The position numbers and the translations under genes are program-made. Source: a virus. From it: a DNA stretch of 64,000 bases. The notes beneath the pieces were generated by a model. The model saw only the letters and a list, made by a program, of their open reading frames with translations. It was not told the origin of the DNA and did no database searches. This document shows, piece after piece, positions 1 to 9,622 of this stretch (within the stretch, counting starts at the first letter, position 1; the number at the start of each line of letters is the position of its first letter). The DNA lies in IMG/VR virus record IMGVR_UViG_3300047496_000172, positions 42,579 to 106,578 of that record. The stretch is one strand, 5' to 3'.

Positions 1-1
1 T

Positions 2-1636
2 AAGGAAGATGGCACTTCCGGTCTTCTGATTTATGGTAAGGGTCCGAGGGCGGCTCCTTTTACGGCTGCTTATTCTCGCGGTAATGGAACTGAAGGCGCC
101 GACATTTCACGCCACGTTCGACGCATGGGAAATGTTCCCCGGACTATGCCTTACCCTTGTGTCGTTCGAGTTGAATTCATTCTTCAAGAAACAATCTTCA
201 TTGAGTTGATGAAAACCGCCGAAAAACATTATGAAAACTCTCGCGGTTATCTTGCTGGACGAATGAACAAAGAAGATGCTGGCCAAGATTTCTATGATGT
301 CGTTGATGTTGTTGCTACCTCTCTGGTAGAACCGGGATTGAACAAAATTGACCAGCTACATTTTTTAGAGGATAATGGGTTTCAAATTACGCCGTTTATT
401 ACGGCGAAAGGCTATGAACTAACTGAAAAAATGCTTAGCGATTATCTGAAAGTGCGCCGAACAGCATCTATTTCTCGCGGAGATACAGTATATCTAAATC
501 ACGAAGGTCATGCTATTGATGGCATAGTTATTACGCTAAATGACTATGCACTTGGCCAAAGTCTAACTCGTAAGAGTAGTTCTCTATGCCCCATGTATGC
601 TAAGAAATACAAGGAAGGTGCGGAAGAAAATCAAGCGATCACTACCGTTGTAAAGGTTCACTGGAAAGCTTCCAAAACAAGCTATCTTAAGCCTCGGGTT
701 GAAGTTGTTCCAGTTCGGGTAGGTGGCGTAACGATTACTTTTGCTACCGGATTTAACGCAAAGTATATCATTGATAATGGAATTGGTCCTGGAGCCAAAA
801 TTCGTCTGGTTCGCAGCGGTGACGTTATCCCGTTCATTACTGATGTTCTTGAAAGTGTCGAACCGTCCCTTCCGGACGAATCAGAATATGGAGAAACGGC
901 TTGGAATGAAACAAACGTCGATCTCTATGTTGTGAATTCGGAAAACAATGAAGAAATCATTATCAATAGATTGATTAGTGTCTTCACCTCTCTTGATGCA
1001 CCGAACCTTAAGGAAGGTAGTATCAAGGCTTTGTATGAAGCTGGCTATACAACGGCGGCTTCGATTATCAAGGCCACGGAACGCCAACTGGTATCGGTTA
1101 TCGGCCAAAATGGCAGCAAGATTTATGAAGGGCTGAAGGCCAAGCTGAATCCAATCCATTTGGGTAAGCTGGCTGGCGCCTCGCAGATTTTTGGTCGTGG
1201 TATTGGCCGAAGGACCATGATCAAACTGGTCGATACGGTTGCTTTAGAAACAACCGATGATTGGCTAAATCTAGTTCCTTCTACTATTGTATGTATTGAA
1301 GGTTTTGAAGATATAACCGCACAAAAAATCTACGATAAAATTCCAGCTTTTATAGATTTTCTAAAAGAAATCGACGGATATTACACCTTGGAAACGTCAA
1401 AGACAGCTTCAAGTGCTGATCTAGCCGGGCATGTCGTGGTTTTCACTGGCGTTCGTGATGCGGCTCTTGAAGCTATTATCATTGACAAGGGTGGCACAAT
1501 TGGGAGTAGTGTCAGTAAGAAGACTACCCATTTGGTTTGCCTGGACCCTGCCAGCAATTCAGGCAAGATTCAGAAGGCAAAGGATTTTGGCATCAATGTA
1601 TTGACATTAGAAACAGCCCGAACACAGTGGGGATAA
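2..1636 (+). CDS. ligA: NAD-dependent DNA ligase (5' end outside window)
   Basis: Frame is open from base 2 and reads KEDGTSG (KxDG adenylation motif), SRGNGTEG, IDGIV, RSGDVIP, then a C-terminal BRCT (VFTG..VSKKTTHLV). Confidence 0.95.
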   Translation, partial: KEDGTSGLLIYGKGPRAAPFTAAYSRGNGTEGADISRHVRRMGNVPRTMPYPCVVRVEFILQETIFIELMKTAEKHYENSRGYLAGRMNKEDAGQDFYDVVDVVATSLVEPGLNKIDQLHFLEDNGFQITPFITAKGYELTEKMLSDYLKVRRTASISRGDTVYLNHEGHAIDGIVITLNDYALGQSLTRKSSSLCPMYAKKYKEGAEENQAITTVVKVHWKASKTSYLKPRVEVVPVRVGGVTITFATGFNAKYIIDNGIGPGAKIRLVRSGDVIPFITDVLESVEPSLPDESEYGETAWNETNVDLYVVNSENNEEIIINRLISVFTSLDAPNLKEGSIKALYEAGYTTAASIIKATERQLVSVIGQNGSKIYEGLKAKLNPIHLGKLAGASQIFGRGIGRRTMIKLVDTVALETTDDWLNLVPSTIVCIEGFEDITAQKIYDKIPAFIDFLKEIDGYYTLETSKTASSADLAGHVVVFTGVRDAALEAIIIDKGGTIGSSVSKKTTHLVCLDPASNSGKIQKAKDFGINVLTLETARTQWG

Positions 1637-1637
1637 T

Positions 1638-1901
1638 TCATCCCCACCATAATTTGAATAAAGTCGCGCTATTTTTGTCGGTGAAATACATTTTTGGTGC
1701 AAGTTTTTCAATTTTTGCATCCCAATAAGATATAAATGTGCATAGCCATTCTTCATTTAATAAATTGTTTTCGCACCATTCTATAGCATCTAGAACATAA
1801 TCTTGGTATGTAACGGAATATATAAACTGCGCTGGAATATCAGCTTCTATGAACTCAGTTGATTCAAAGTCTTTATATCCAGGTATGTCATAATATCGCA
1901 T
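1638..1901 (-). CDS. small protein of the FK(M/L)xW paralog family
   Basis: WCENN...YFTDKNSATLFKLWW. Confidence 0.75.
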   Translation of the reverse strand: MRYYDIPGYKDFESTEFIEADIPAQFIYSVTYQDYVLDAIEWCENNLLNEEWLCTFISYWDAKIEKLAPKMYFTDKNSATLFKLWWG

Positions 1902-1902
1902 A

Positions 1903-2121
1903 TTATCTCCAAAACATTTTGAATAAAGTCGCCGATTTTTTATTCGTAAAATTCATAATAAGTAAATTTAATTCGGGCCAATCATAATTTTGTTCCGTAT
2001 AATAACCCCATTCATCGTTGTTTAAATTATCAACACACCATTCGTATGCTCTAATGTAATCAGTTGCATTGAATTTGACTTCTATTGGATGTGTCGGCGG
2101 CGGCGGCGTGTCGTAGTTCAT
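1903..2121 (-). CDS. small protein of the FK(M/L)xW paralog family
   Basis: WCVDN...FTNKKSATLFKMFW; tandem paralog of 1638..1901. Confidence 0.75.
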   Translation of the reverse strand: MNYDTPPPPTHPIEVKFNATDYIRAYEWCVDNLNNDEWGYYTEQNYDWPELNLLIMNFTNKKSATLFKMFWR

Positions 2122-2411
2122 ACGATGTTATCCTTCTAGCGGCTTCTCTTAAAATATGTTCGCGAGGATGACAACCTTCTTTTGCACAGGCGTTAGCATG
2201 CTGGACGACCATATCTAAAAAATCTTTTGTAGATAAACTGCTCATAAATTCGTTCATTATATTTTCCTTAGATATATGAAATTATTAGATAAAATGGAAA
2301 AAATAGTCAATATTTATCACCATAACAAAGAGGTTAAATCATCTTGACAATATTGAAATTTTGATATAAATATACTTTTCAGTTTTGAAACGGTGTTAAA
2401 AAGGATTTATC

Positions 2412-3062
2412 ATGAAGTTTGGTTTTCTCGCGGGCATTCTTGCTCTTACAATCGCAAGCTCTGCCAGAGCGGTAGTTATTACGGATGTTGAATTTGCTGG
2501 TCCAGGACCGATTTACATCATTTCGGATAACGTTCCCGGTTATGGTGCTGATACTTTTTATGATGATGCCTTGGTTTTGACGGCATTGGATGGCACCAAG
2601 TATTATGTGAACTGTGATGATTTGGTTCACAACATTACTATTGGTTCAGGTCAACATATTGACTACACTGTTGGAAAGGTCGATTCCAACTTTCGTGGCG
2701 GTGTTTACACGGTTGCTCAAATTGGCGAAATGGCATACCTGGACAAGGTACTGAACCAAATCATCATTAAGGGTGGTCCAAACGAAGCGGTTGATTTGGC
2801 TGCTGAACAGGCTGCAAGTTGGATTGTAAGTAATCCGGATGTAACATTTTCTGTCGATCCGGTGATTCAATCTCGCACGGATTATTATATTAAGTCCGCA
2901 GAAGGCAAGACTGGCACAATTGCCCAATTTACTGATCTTGGTAACGGTGCGCAGGGACAAACGCTAGGCGCCGTTCCTGAAATTTCAACTTGGGTTATGA
3001 TACTGGTTGGCTTTGGGGGTGTTGGTGTAGCCCTTCGCAAGCGTCGGGCGACTCTGATTTAA
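2412..3062 (+). CDS. secreted PEP-CTERM (PEPxxWA-type) surface protein, possible thioester domain
   Basis: Signal peptide; C-terminal VPEISTWVMILVGFGGVGVALRKRR; internal VNCDD and AEQAASW. Confidence 0.85.
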   Translation: MKFGFLAGILALTIASSARAVVITDVEFAGPGPIYIISDNVPGYGADTFYDDALVLTALDGTKYYVNCDDLVHNITIGSGQHIDYTVGKVDSNFRGGVYTVAQIGEMAYLDKVLNQIIIKGGPNEAVDLAAEQAASWIVSNPDVTFSVDPVIQSRTDYYIKSAEGKTGTIAQFTDLGNGAQGQTLGAVPEISTWVMILVGFGGVGVALRKRRATLI

Positions 3063-3071
3063 ATCAGAGTC
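3050..3071. terminator. 22-bp perfect palindrome between convergent genes
   Basis: gactctgatttaaatcagagtc. Confidence 0.55.
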
Positions 3072-3097
3072 TCCGATTGCGGAAATAAAGAGGTTCG

Positions 3098-3658
3098 TCA
3101 TCTATGATGATCTTGAGAAACAAAATCAGGCAAAGTTTTCATTTTTTCTCTAATTTCCCGTAAGGTTATAGGAGAATAATTCCAGCAATCTACGCCAACA
3201 TCAATCTGTTGTTTGTTTTGGGAAGCCCCACCATGTGAATGTCCAAATAATTGAACGGCACCTTTGTGGCATTTATTAAATATAGCAAATTTAAAATGGC
3301 ACAAGACAATTTTTTGATTTTGGTCGATAATCTCCAAATAAGGTTGAACCGATGCCCAGCGATAAGATTCGATTGTCGTTGGACCATCGTGATTTCCGGT
3401 AATCAAATGTAATTCTTTTCCTTGAAGACGAGAAAGAATGGCGTTTGGATTTGCTTTGTGTCTCCCCAACAAAACATCTCCAAGGACATAAACGCGATCA
3501 TCATCACTGACAACATTATTCCAATTTTTGATTAATGCTTCGTCATGTTCTTCAATGGTCTGGAAGGGCCTGTTGCAAAATTTTAAAATATTTCGCTCTG
3601 AACTTGTGTAATGTCCGTAATGAGGATCGCTTGTATAAAATGTTTTCATCATATCCAT
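3098..3658 (-). CDS. calcineurin-like metallophosphoesterase
   Basis: SDPHYGH, LGD, GNHD, GHSH motifs. Confidence 0.9.
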   Translation of the reverse strand: MDMMKTFYTSDPHYGHYTSSERNILKFCNRPFQTIEEHDEALIKNWNNVVSDDDRVYVLGDVLLGRHKANPNAILSRLQGKELHLITGNHDGPTTIESYRWASVQPYLEIIDQNQKIVLCHFKFAIFNKCHKGAVQLFGHSHGGASQNKQQIDVGVDCWNYSPITLREIREKMKTLPDFVSQDHHR

Positions 3659-3721
3659 TTACACAAAATTATTTTTCTTGTCAACTATTGATTATTTAAA
3701 AAATTATGATATTGTACAGAA

Positions 3722-4042
3722 ATGTATTACCGAGAACCCATATTTCCGCAAACGGTAAAACCAGTATATCTGGTTAAAAATATATTTAGACCTATTGGTG
3801 GTGTTGATCTCAATAAAAAACAACCTAATCATGTAAGTCGTTCTAAAATAAGCCGTCGTCATAAATTTCCAGAGTTGGTTATCCTTGAAAGTAGAGCGAC
3901 GCTTGATCCACCTATCAATAAAAATAGAGCGTCTTGTCGCTATTACTCGGTCAAAGGTAGTGGACGAGACTGGGACTACGATGAACTTATCCATTCAAAA
4001 GAATACGCTTATGCTTGGCTGAATTATTATAGGTCTTGGTAA
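3722..4042 (+). CDS. hypothetical protein, paralog of 4210..4539
   Basis: Shared IFPQ..PVY and LDxPINxNRA..RYYSVKG..DWxYDxLI. Confidence 0.7.
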   Translation: MYYREPIFPQTVKPVYLVKNIFRPIGGVDLNKKQPNHVSRSKISRRHKFPELVILESRATLDPPINKNRASCRYYSVKGSGRDWDYDELIHSKEYAYAWLNYYRSW

Positions 4043-4209
4043 CGTGATCGATTTAATTTTTTATTTGCTTCTATATCTGCTTTATTTCATTAGCCTTCGA
4101 TTGGCTAAACTGCGAAATAGTGCCACATGCAAAATAATCACGGAAGCTATTTTATTTATAGGCTTAATTACTTTTCTTTTCACGCCAATGAAAATTTAAG
4201 AGAGATAAA

Positions 4210-4539
4210 ATGCGTAAAAGATATCATAAAAGACGGAGATATCAAATTTTCCCGCAGAGGATTAGCCCTGTATATATAATTAAGTTTGGAAAATATGGTA
4301 GATACATACCGCATATCGAAAAATCTTACGCAAAATTGGATGAACCGATCAATGGTAATCGCGCCAATTACAGATACTATTCTGTAAAAGGGGATGGCGG
4401 CGATTGGGCTTATGACGATTTGATTCTAACAAAATCCCAATCCATATTAGCGTTGGCCCATTACCGGTTGCATAATATTCATGCTAGGTTTATAGATTAC
4501 GAGAAGAACAGCTTGAAAATTGGAGATCATTCAGCATAG
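4210..4539 (+). CDS. hypothetical protein, paralog of 3722..4042
   Basis: Same shared motifs as 3722..4042. Confidence 0.7.
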   Translation: MRKRYHKRRRYQIFPQRISPVYIIKFGKYGRYIPHIEKSYAKLDEPINGNRANYRYYSVKGDGGDWAYDDLILTKSQSILALAHYRLHNIHARFIDYEKNSLKIGDHSA

Positions 4540-5132
4540 TTTTCCCAGCTATCAGCATATATTCCTTTAAGTTTTTCCAAATATGCGCGCGTTTTTATTT
4601 TAACCATAAAGTCTTCGCCCTTGCAAACGACGCCTTCTTCAACCGGATATTTTCCAGCCCGAACATCTTCTATGAATTCGGAAGTTAGCTCGCCTTCATA
4701 AATTATTTCCGGACACCACTTAAAATCGCAGAATATATTCATAAATTTTTTAACAGGGATGAAACCTTTCTTGAACACGAATATGTCCAATAGTTTCAAC
4801 TGTTTTTCTTCTCCGTCAATATGAGAGCCAGCAAAACTACCTTCTCCAAAGAATTCGGTGAATGCCGTTATACGCTGGCACTTCTTATCCATAGATAAAA
4901 TCATATCTTTAATGGTTTCTGCTGGACCATTGAGAAATAATGGAATGGCTTCATTGTAAATCAGCGTCGTATGATCAAAAAGTTGATGCCGCGTGCCAAA
5001 CTTATGCCAACCTTTTTTAGGAGACCACTCCCAGCGAAGTGAACTCCCATCATATTTATATTGAGCAATAATCGGTTTTCCTAAATACTGAAAAGCTATT
5101 TTAGAACCCGGTATAGATGGATATTGTTGCAT
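4527..5132 (-). CDS. ATP-dependent RNA-ligase-like nucleotidyltransferase (minimal)
   Basis: KYDGS (motif I), FTEFFG, EGVV (motif IV), MVKIK (motif V). Confidence 0.75.
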   Translation of the reverse strand: MQQYPSIPGSKIAFQYLGKPIIAQYKYDGSSLRWEWSPKKGWHKFGTRHQLFDHTTLIYNEAIPLFLNGPAETIKDMILSMDKKCQRITAFTEFFGEGSFAGSHIDGEEKQLKLLDIFVFKKGFIPVKKFMNIFCDFKWCPEIIYEGELTSEFIEDVRAGKYPVEEGVVCKGEDFMVKIKTRAYLEKLKGIYADSWENYAE

Positions 5133-5321
5133 AACCGCCTCAAACTTTAGATAAATACTATTAACAAACTAATTGAAAAATATAATCTGTAATCATTGAC
5201 ACGAACAAATGCCTATCTAAATAGATTAATAAGTCTATATAAGGGAAAGATTATGACAAAATATAGATGCGATATTTGAAAAACAAATAGGTGATGAAGT
5301 TTGTAATCGTTTAGATTAATT

Positions 5322-5395
5322 TGGTGCCGATAGTAAGAATCGAACTTACATCTCCATATTACGAGTATGGCCGTCTACCACTGACATATACCGGC
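5322..5395 (-). tRNA. tRNA-Thr (CGU) with encoded CCA
   Basis: Minus strand GCCGGTA-TA-TGTC AGTGGTA GACG-G-CCATA CT CGT AA TATGG-AGAT-GTAAG TTCGATT CTTAC-TATCGGC-A-CCA folds as a cloverleaf. Confidence 0.93.
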
Positions 5396-5473
5396 TTCTT
5401 GTTCGCCTAGCTCAAACCGTCAGGCGATGCTGGTCGTTCGCGTCAATGTTAGGACGTTGATCATAAAAACTAT

Positions 5474-5716
5474 TTAGCTGACTTTTTTCTTATTGCCAAA
5501 CCATTTTAGACGAATATACCAAAAATAATAAAATAGAGTGGCGATAGGTCGAGTGAAAGGTCTTCCATAGAAAGTCCATTCTGGTGTTTTCATGTAGGCA
5601 TCCATTCGAAGTTTTCCTTCTTCAATAGGAATGATTTTACCCAGACCTTCTCCTTGTAGAATAGTTATCTTCTTACCATTTTCGTAACGAATTATTTCCT
5701 TAACCATAGTTGACAT
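5474..5716 (-). CDS. hypothetical protein
   Basis: ORF only. Confidence 0.55.
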   Translation of the reverse strand: MSTMVKEIIRYENGKKITILQGEGLGKIIPIEEGKLRMDAYMKTPEWTFYGRPFTRPIATLFYYFWYIRLKWFGNKKKVS

Positions 5717-5792
5717 TCCGCAATTTTGTGTTAATGTTAGTTTACCATAGCAAAAAAGGTTTTACAATGCCATTTCGACGGAGAGAAATATA

Positions 5793-6581
5793 ATGTCTAA
5801 AGTGACCTGGATTCTTGAACGCGATGTTTTCGCGGAAGTTTGCTTCAATGAAATGATCGATCATTTCAAGGCGAACGATATTCCTTATCGTGTCGTCAGG
5901 ATCATTCCATTTATTCATGAAATTGAAGGAAAGGTTCCGCAGGTTTCCGATCCGGTTGTCGTCTATGGCAGCATCGGTGTGCAAACCCTGGCTCAACGCC
6001 ATGGATGGGTTCCTGGCGTATGGACTAATGACAATTTCGCATCTGGTGGTTCGACCGAGATTTCTGATCTTCTGGTAAACGGTTCTTTTGAAATTATGAA
6101 GTTGAGCGAAGTCGCCGACAAGGTAATGCTCGATGAATTTTTCATCAAACCCAATAGCGACAACAAAGAATTCGCTGGAATGGTTATTACTCGCGAAGAA
6201 TTTGGTGTTTGGCATGCTAAGATGCTCGACATCAACTATTTGGAAACCGATGACTTTGATGTTATCGTGGCGCCATATCGAAAGCTTGGTTGCGAATGGC
6301 GAGTGGTCGTAGTGAATGGAAAGATCAGTTCAGCATCGATCTATCGGCAATACGGTATCGTCAAGCCAGAACGTCATATTATTCCAGAAGTGGAAAGCAT
6401 TGTAATGGAAGCGCATAGCCGATTTGTGCCCGCACCAGTATATGTAGTAGACGTAGCACAGGTCGGAGATGAATACAAAATCATCGAATATAACACCTTC
6501 AATTCAGCCGGTCTGTATGCTTGTGATGTTGGAAAGATCATCGATGACATTAACGCTTTCCTTTTAGATCAAGCTCAATGA
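5793..6581 (+). CDS. ATP-grasp protein (R2K/DUF4343-like)
   Basis: YGS, FFIKP..K.FAG, EWR.VVV.G, YVVDVA, IIEYN.FNSAGLY. Confidence 0.85.
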   Translation: MSKVTWILERDVFAEVCFNEMIDHFKANDIPYRVVRIIPFIHEIEGKVPQVSDPVVVYGSIGVQTLAQRHGWVPGVWTNDNFASGGSTEISDLLVNGSFEIMKLSEVADKVMLDEFFIKPNSDNKEFAGMVITREEFGVWHAKMLDINYLETDDFDVIVAPYRKLGCEWRVVVVNGKISSASIYRQYGIVKPERHIIPEVESIVMEAHSRFVPAPVYVVDVAQVGDEYKIIEYNTFNSAGLYACDVGKIIDDINAFLLDQAQ

Positions 6582-6588
6582 TCTAAAT

Positions 6589-6804
6589 ATGCTCATGATA
6601 AAGTGGTCACCATTGCTGGTTTTTGGACCTATCACCGCTTTGCTGGTGGCGATGGTGATCATTCATTGGAGCAAGAAAAATTATGGTCAAGCCATGATTT
6701 ATGCCACTATACTTTCTTTTTGGGTAATTTTTGAATTGCCCTTAGTTGGATGGATGGCAATACATCTTCATCAACAATTAGCTGGTCTTTTTCATTGGAG
6801 CTAA
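6589..6804 (+). CDS. small membrane protein
   Basis: Two hydrophobic segments. Confidence 0.55.
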   Translation: MLMIKWSPLLVFGPITALLVAMVIIHWSKKNYGQAMIYATILSFWVIFELPLVGWMAIHLHQQLAGLFHWS

Positions 6805-6805
6805 A

Positions 6806-7501
6806 TTACCAAACTTGATCCATATACCCTTTCATGAATTTTTTAGCTGACATAGACTTTCCTTTTTCGTGATTTACAACGGTATCATCTTGAAATCTTA
6901 GCGTAAAATTTTTATCAGATCGCATTCCACTACCGACTTGGTTTTTTCTATCTTTTGCGATAGCGGAATATTTTTCTGAATTACTTCTTTCGTCGAGTGT
7001 TTTTATGATCGCTTCTTTTGCGTCTCGTAGATTAGATATTCTTTCTCTTCCTTGTCTTGCTTCTATAATACCAGTTGGTATATGAATTAATCGACAAGAG
7101 TTGGGGTGACGATTTCGATGTTGGCCGCCATTTCCGGTTCCAGAGAACCATTCCACGCGAAAATCGTCATCAGATCGTTTTGAATAAATGTCTGAAGTTG
7201 TTGTTTCAGGATTTATGACAGCACAAGTTATAGTTGAGGAATGAACGCGTCCTCGTTTTTCAGTAGGAGAAACACGCTGGGTTCTTATTCCACCAGAACC
7301 ATTATGTAAAATTTCGAGATCGGCGCCAATAATTTCGATTGCAACTTCGGCATACCCTGCATCAGATGGGCGTTCTCTGACGATGCGGGACTTTCAACCT
7401 TTACGAGTCGCCAGCTTTAAATAAGCCTTCATCAAATCAGCACAAAACATACTCGCGTCGAGTCCGCCTTCACCTGATCGTAATTCCACAATGCGAATCA
7501 T
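6806..7501 (-). CDS. class-I peptide chain release factor-like protein lacking domain 1, with in-frame UGA at codon 36 (7394..7396)
   Basis: SD AAGGAG and ATG at 7501; MIRIVELRSGEGGLDA...ATRKG*KSRIV...QRVSPTEKRGRVHSST...WFSGTGNGGQHRN all in one frame (7501-7156 = 115 codons); 231 aa if read through. Confidence 0.9.
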
Positions 7502-7607
7502 AATAAAATCTCCTTCGTATTTTTATTTAGCATTATAGGTTGACTTTTGTCAAGAAATTAGTTAAAAAATAATATGACAACCTTCCGGCAAACCATGGAT
7601 TTTTTAA

Positions 7608-8045
7608 ATGGACAGTAATATTACATACGAAGAGTTTGAAGAACTCTGCCGTGAAGCTATTCGCGATAAAGAAAAAGCGTATTGGTTAGCTGAAGAAGGT
7701 AATTTGAATCGATACAATCCTACTGTCGATCTTCAATATTATACTGAAGGTAGATGGTCTACTGGCGGCCAGGGTGGCGGTAGTTGCTGGGATGAAGGTG
7801 AATCTCATTACTACGCGTTAGAAGGTGAGCAAGAGCCAAAGGACGAATATCTATCCTTGTTTTTGTTAAAAATCGTTCCAGAATTGACTTACGCGCAATT
7901 TGTAAATCTTGAAAAATCTGAATTTTTTGAGTATTCTACGGAATATCAAAACGAATATTACGGAAATTATACGACATATGGTATTCGTAAGTTCAACTTA
8001 CGAACTCTCTATGATGTTTTAAAACAGATGTCTGTAAATGGATAG
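7608..8045 (+). CDS. hypothetical phage protein, paralog of 8038..8472
   Basis: MDSNxTYEEFE, WxxGGxxGGxCW and EYYGNYT shared. Confidence 0.8.
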   Translation: MDSNITYEEFEELCREAIRDKEKAYWLAEEGNLNRYNPTVDLQYYTEGRWSTGGQGGGSCWDEGESHYYALEGEQEPKDEYLSLFLLKIVPELTYAQFVNLEKSEFFEYSTEYQNEYYGNYTTYGIRKFNLRTLYDVLKQMSVNG

Positions 8046-8472
8046 CAATACGACATACGAAGAATTCGAGAACAAAGTCAGAGATGTTATTATCTCTGTC
8101 CATAAGCCGCAAATCTGCGTCAGAGATAATAAGGCCAAGGTTGGATACAAATACATTCCAGATACGAAATTTGATATTAACACTTATCTAACGCTTAAAT
8201 GGGAAATTGGTGGAGCCAGGGGCGGAAATTGTTGGGGTGATGATGCTTGCCAATATACCAGCTATACAGAAGAACCCGATTTTACTTTATTGGATAGCAT
8301 CTTAGAAGCAATTGTTCCTGATATTTCTTTTTTGAAATACAAATCAATCGTTTCGCAAGTTATCATAAGAAAAAGTGGGACTGATATGGAGTATTATGGA
8401 AATTATACTGATTATAAGACCAAAACTCTTGATCTTCAAAAACTTTATTATTTGTTGTTTGGTGACCAATGA
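8038..8472 (+). CDS. hypothetical phage protein, paralog of 7608..8045
   Basis: Same shared motifs as 7608..8045. Confidence 0.8.
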   Translation: MDSNTTYEEFENKVRDVIISVHKPQICVRDNKAKVGYKYIPDTKFDINTYLTLKWEIGGARGGNCWGDDACQYTSYTEEPDFTLLDSILEAIVPDISFLKYKSIVSQVIIRKSGTDMEYYGNYTDYKTKTLDLQKLYYLLFGDQ

Positions 8473-8864
8473 TCGAAGTAAAAGTTCTGGTAGGATTGCC
8501 TGGATCGGGTAAATCTTACTATGCCAACACGATTGTTGATGCTGAGACAACCATCATTGATGATTTGAATAGAAATCTGACGGCATTAGAAGAATTCAAA
8601 AATAATCCTACGTCAAAATTGATCATTACTGATCCCTCAGCTTCACTATCATCTCCTGATAAAATAAAAGAAAAGGTTATTCAATGGCTCGGTGAAGATG
8701 CGACAGTTGATATCTTCGCATTTGAAAATGATTTAGAAGCTTGCTGGGCTAATGTCGTTCGGCGAAATGATGGTCGGATCATATCTAAACCCTACATGAA
8801 ATCGTTGAGTAAGTTTTACGATCCAGCCATATTTGATAAAATTTTACCTGTTTATCGACCTTAA
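8469..8864 (+). CDS. small P-loop kinase (polynucleotide-kinase-like)
   Basis: VLVGLPGSGKS Walker A; NVVRR lid. Confidence 0.75.
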   Translation: MIEVKVLVGLPGSGKSYYANTIVDAETTIIDDLNRNLTALEEFKNNPTSKLIITDPSASLSSPDKIKEKVIQWLGEDATVDIFAFENDLEACWANVVRRNDGRIISKPYMKSLSKFYDPAIFDKILPVYRP

Positions 8865-9622
8865 AGTTTGATCAATCCATTTAATGTTACTATATTAGTA
8901 GCCGAAGCGGGGTCTGTCCCAAATACTATTTGGTTATAACCACCAAACCCAAGAAATCCACTAGATTTAGCGACGCTATAATATGGTAAAAAATTAATAC
9001 CATCTCCTGGCCATCCTATGTATATATTTGTTCCATTATCATGAAGTTGATACCAAGTTGGAACATACATAAAATCGCCACCTGTTGCCAAATCATATGA
9101 ATTTAGACTTGTAGGATTATCGTATTTTTTATGAACTACTCGATTGTTAGTTTGTGGGGCGATACCTTCTATTTTACCGGAAACACTGTCACACCATCCA
9201 ATCATCATTAGCGGACCACCATCACCACTGGTGCTAATAAAATTCACAAGAAAATTGACTGTATAAGGTGGAGTTGGTGCTGTCATAGCTAATAAATGTA
9301 ATCCATCATTAGAATTTCCTATTATGCTTACACCAGGAAGACCCGCAGTAGCATTTGCGGTAGATTGGTTTATCCAGCCTATATCAAAAGTAGCAAGATT
9401 AGGAACAGGAATGCCAGCAGCAACGTTTGCTATTGCGGCATTGGTATAACTTTCAGAAGTAGCAATAGCATAAGTCACTTGAGTATTAGTATAGTTGGTT
9501 GCTGCCAAATTTATTTGATCAGGCGTGATTTTCACATTCACGCCGCCTTGGACACCAGCCAAGTATTCACCACCGCCTAGAGTTGATGCATTCGCAAATG
9601 CTGAAATTTTTGTGTTAGCCAT
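8861..9622 (-). CDS. virion/tail-fibre-like protein with lectin-like C-terminal domain
   Basis: YTNTQVTYAIATSESYTN repeat and APTPPY..IGW..DNGTNIY..YSVAKSSG domain shared with 46356..48149. Confidence 0.65.
   Translation of the reverse strand: MANTKISAFANASTLGGGEYLAGVQGGVNVKITPDQINLAATNYTNTQVTYAIATSESYTNAAIANVAAGIPVPNLATFDIGWINQSTANATAGLPGVSIIGNSNDGLHLLAMTAPTPPYTVNFLVNFISTSGDGGPLMMIGWCDSVSGKIEGIAPQTNNRVVHKKYDNPTSLNSYDLATGGDFMYVPTWYQLHDNGTNIYIGWPGDGINFLPYYSVAKSSGFLGFGGYNQIVFGTDPASATNIVTLNGLIKL

Noticed and set aside
5396-5465. Ribozyme or second tRNA upstream of tRNA-Thr
   Set aside because: A tcgcct/aggcga hairpin and GGCGAA are present, but HDV-like P1/P2 pairings and a cloverleaf could not be built
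6806-7501. prfB-type +1 frameshift or PrfH identity
   Set aside because: Both halves are in the same frame with no CUU-UGA site, and the decoding loop is RF1-like rather than the SxY type of PrfH
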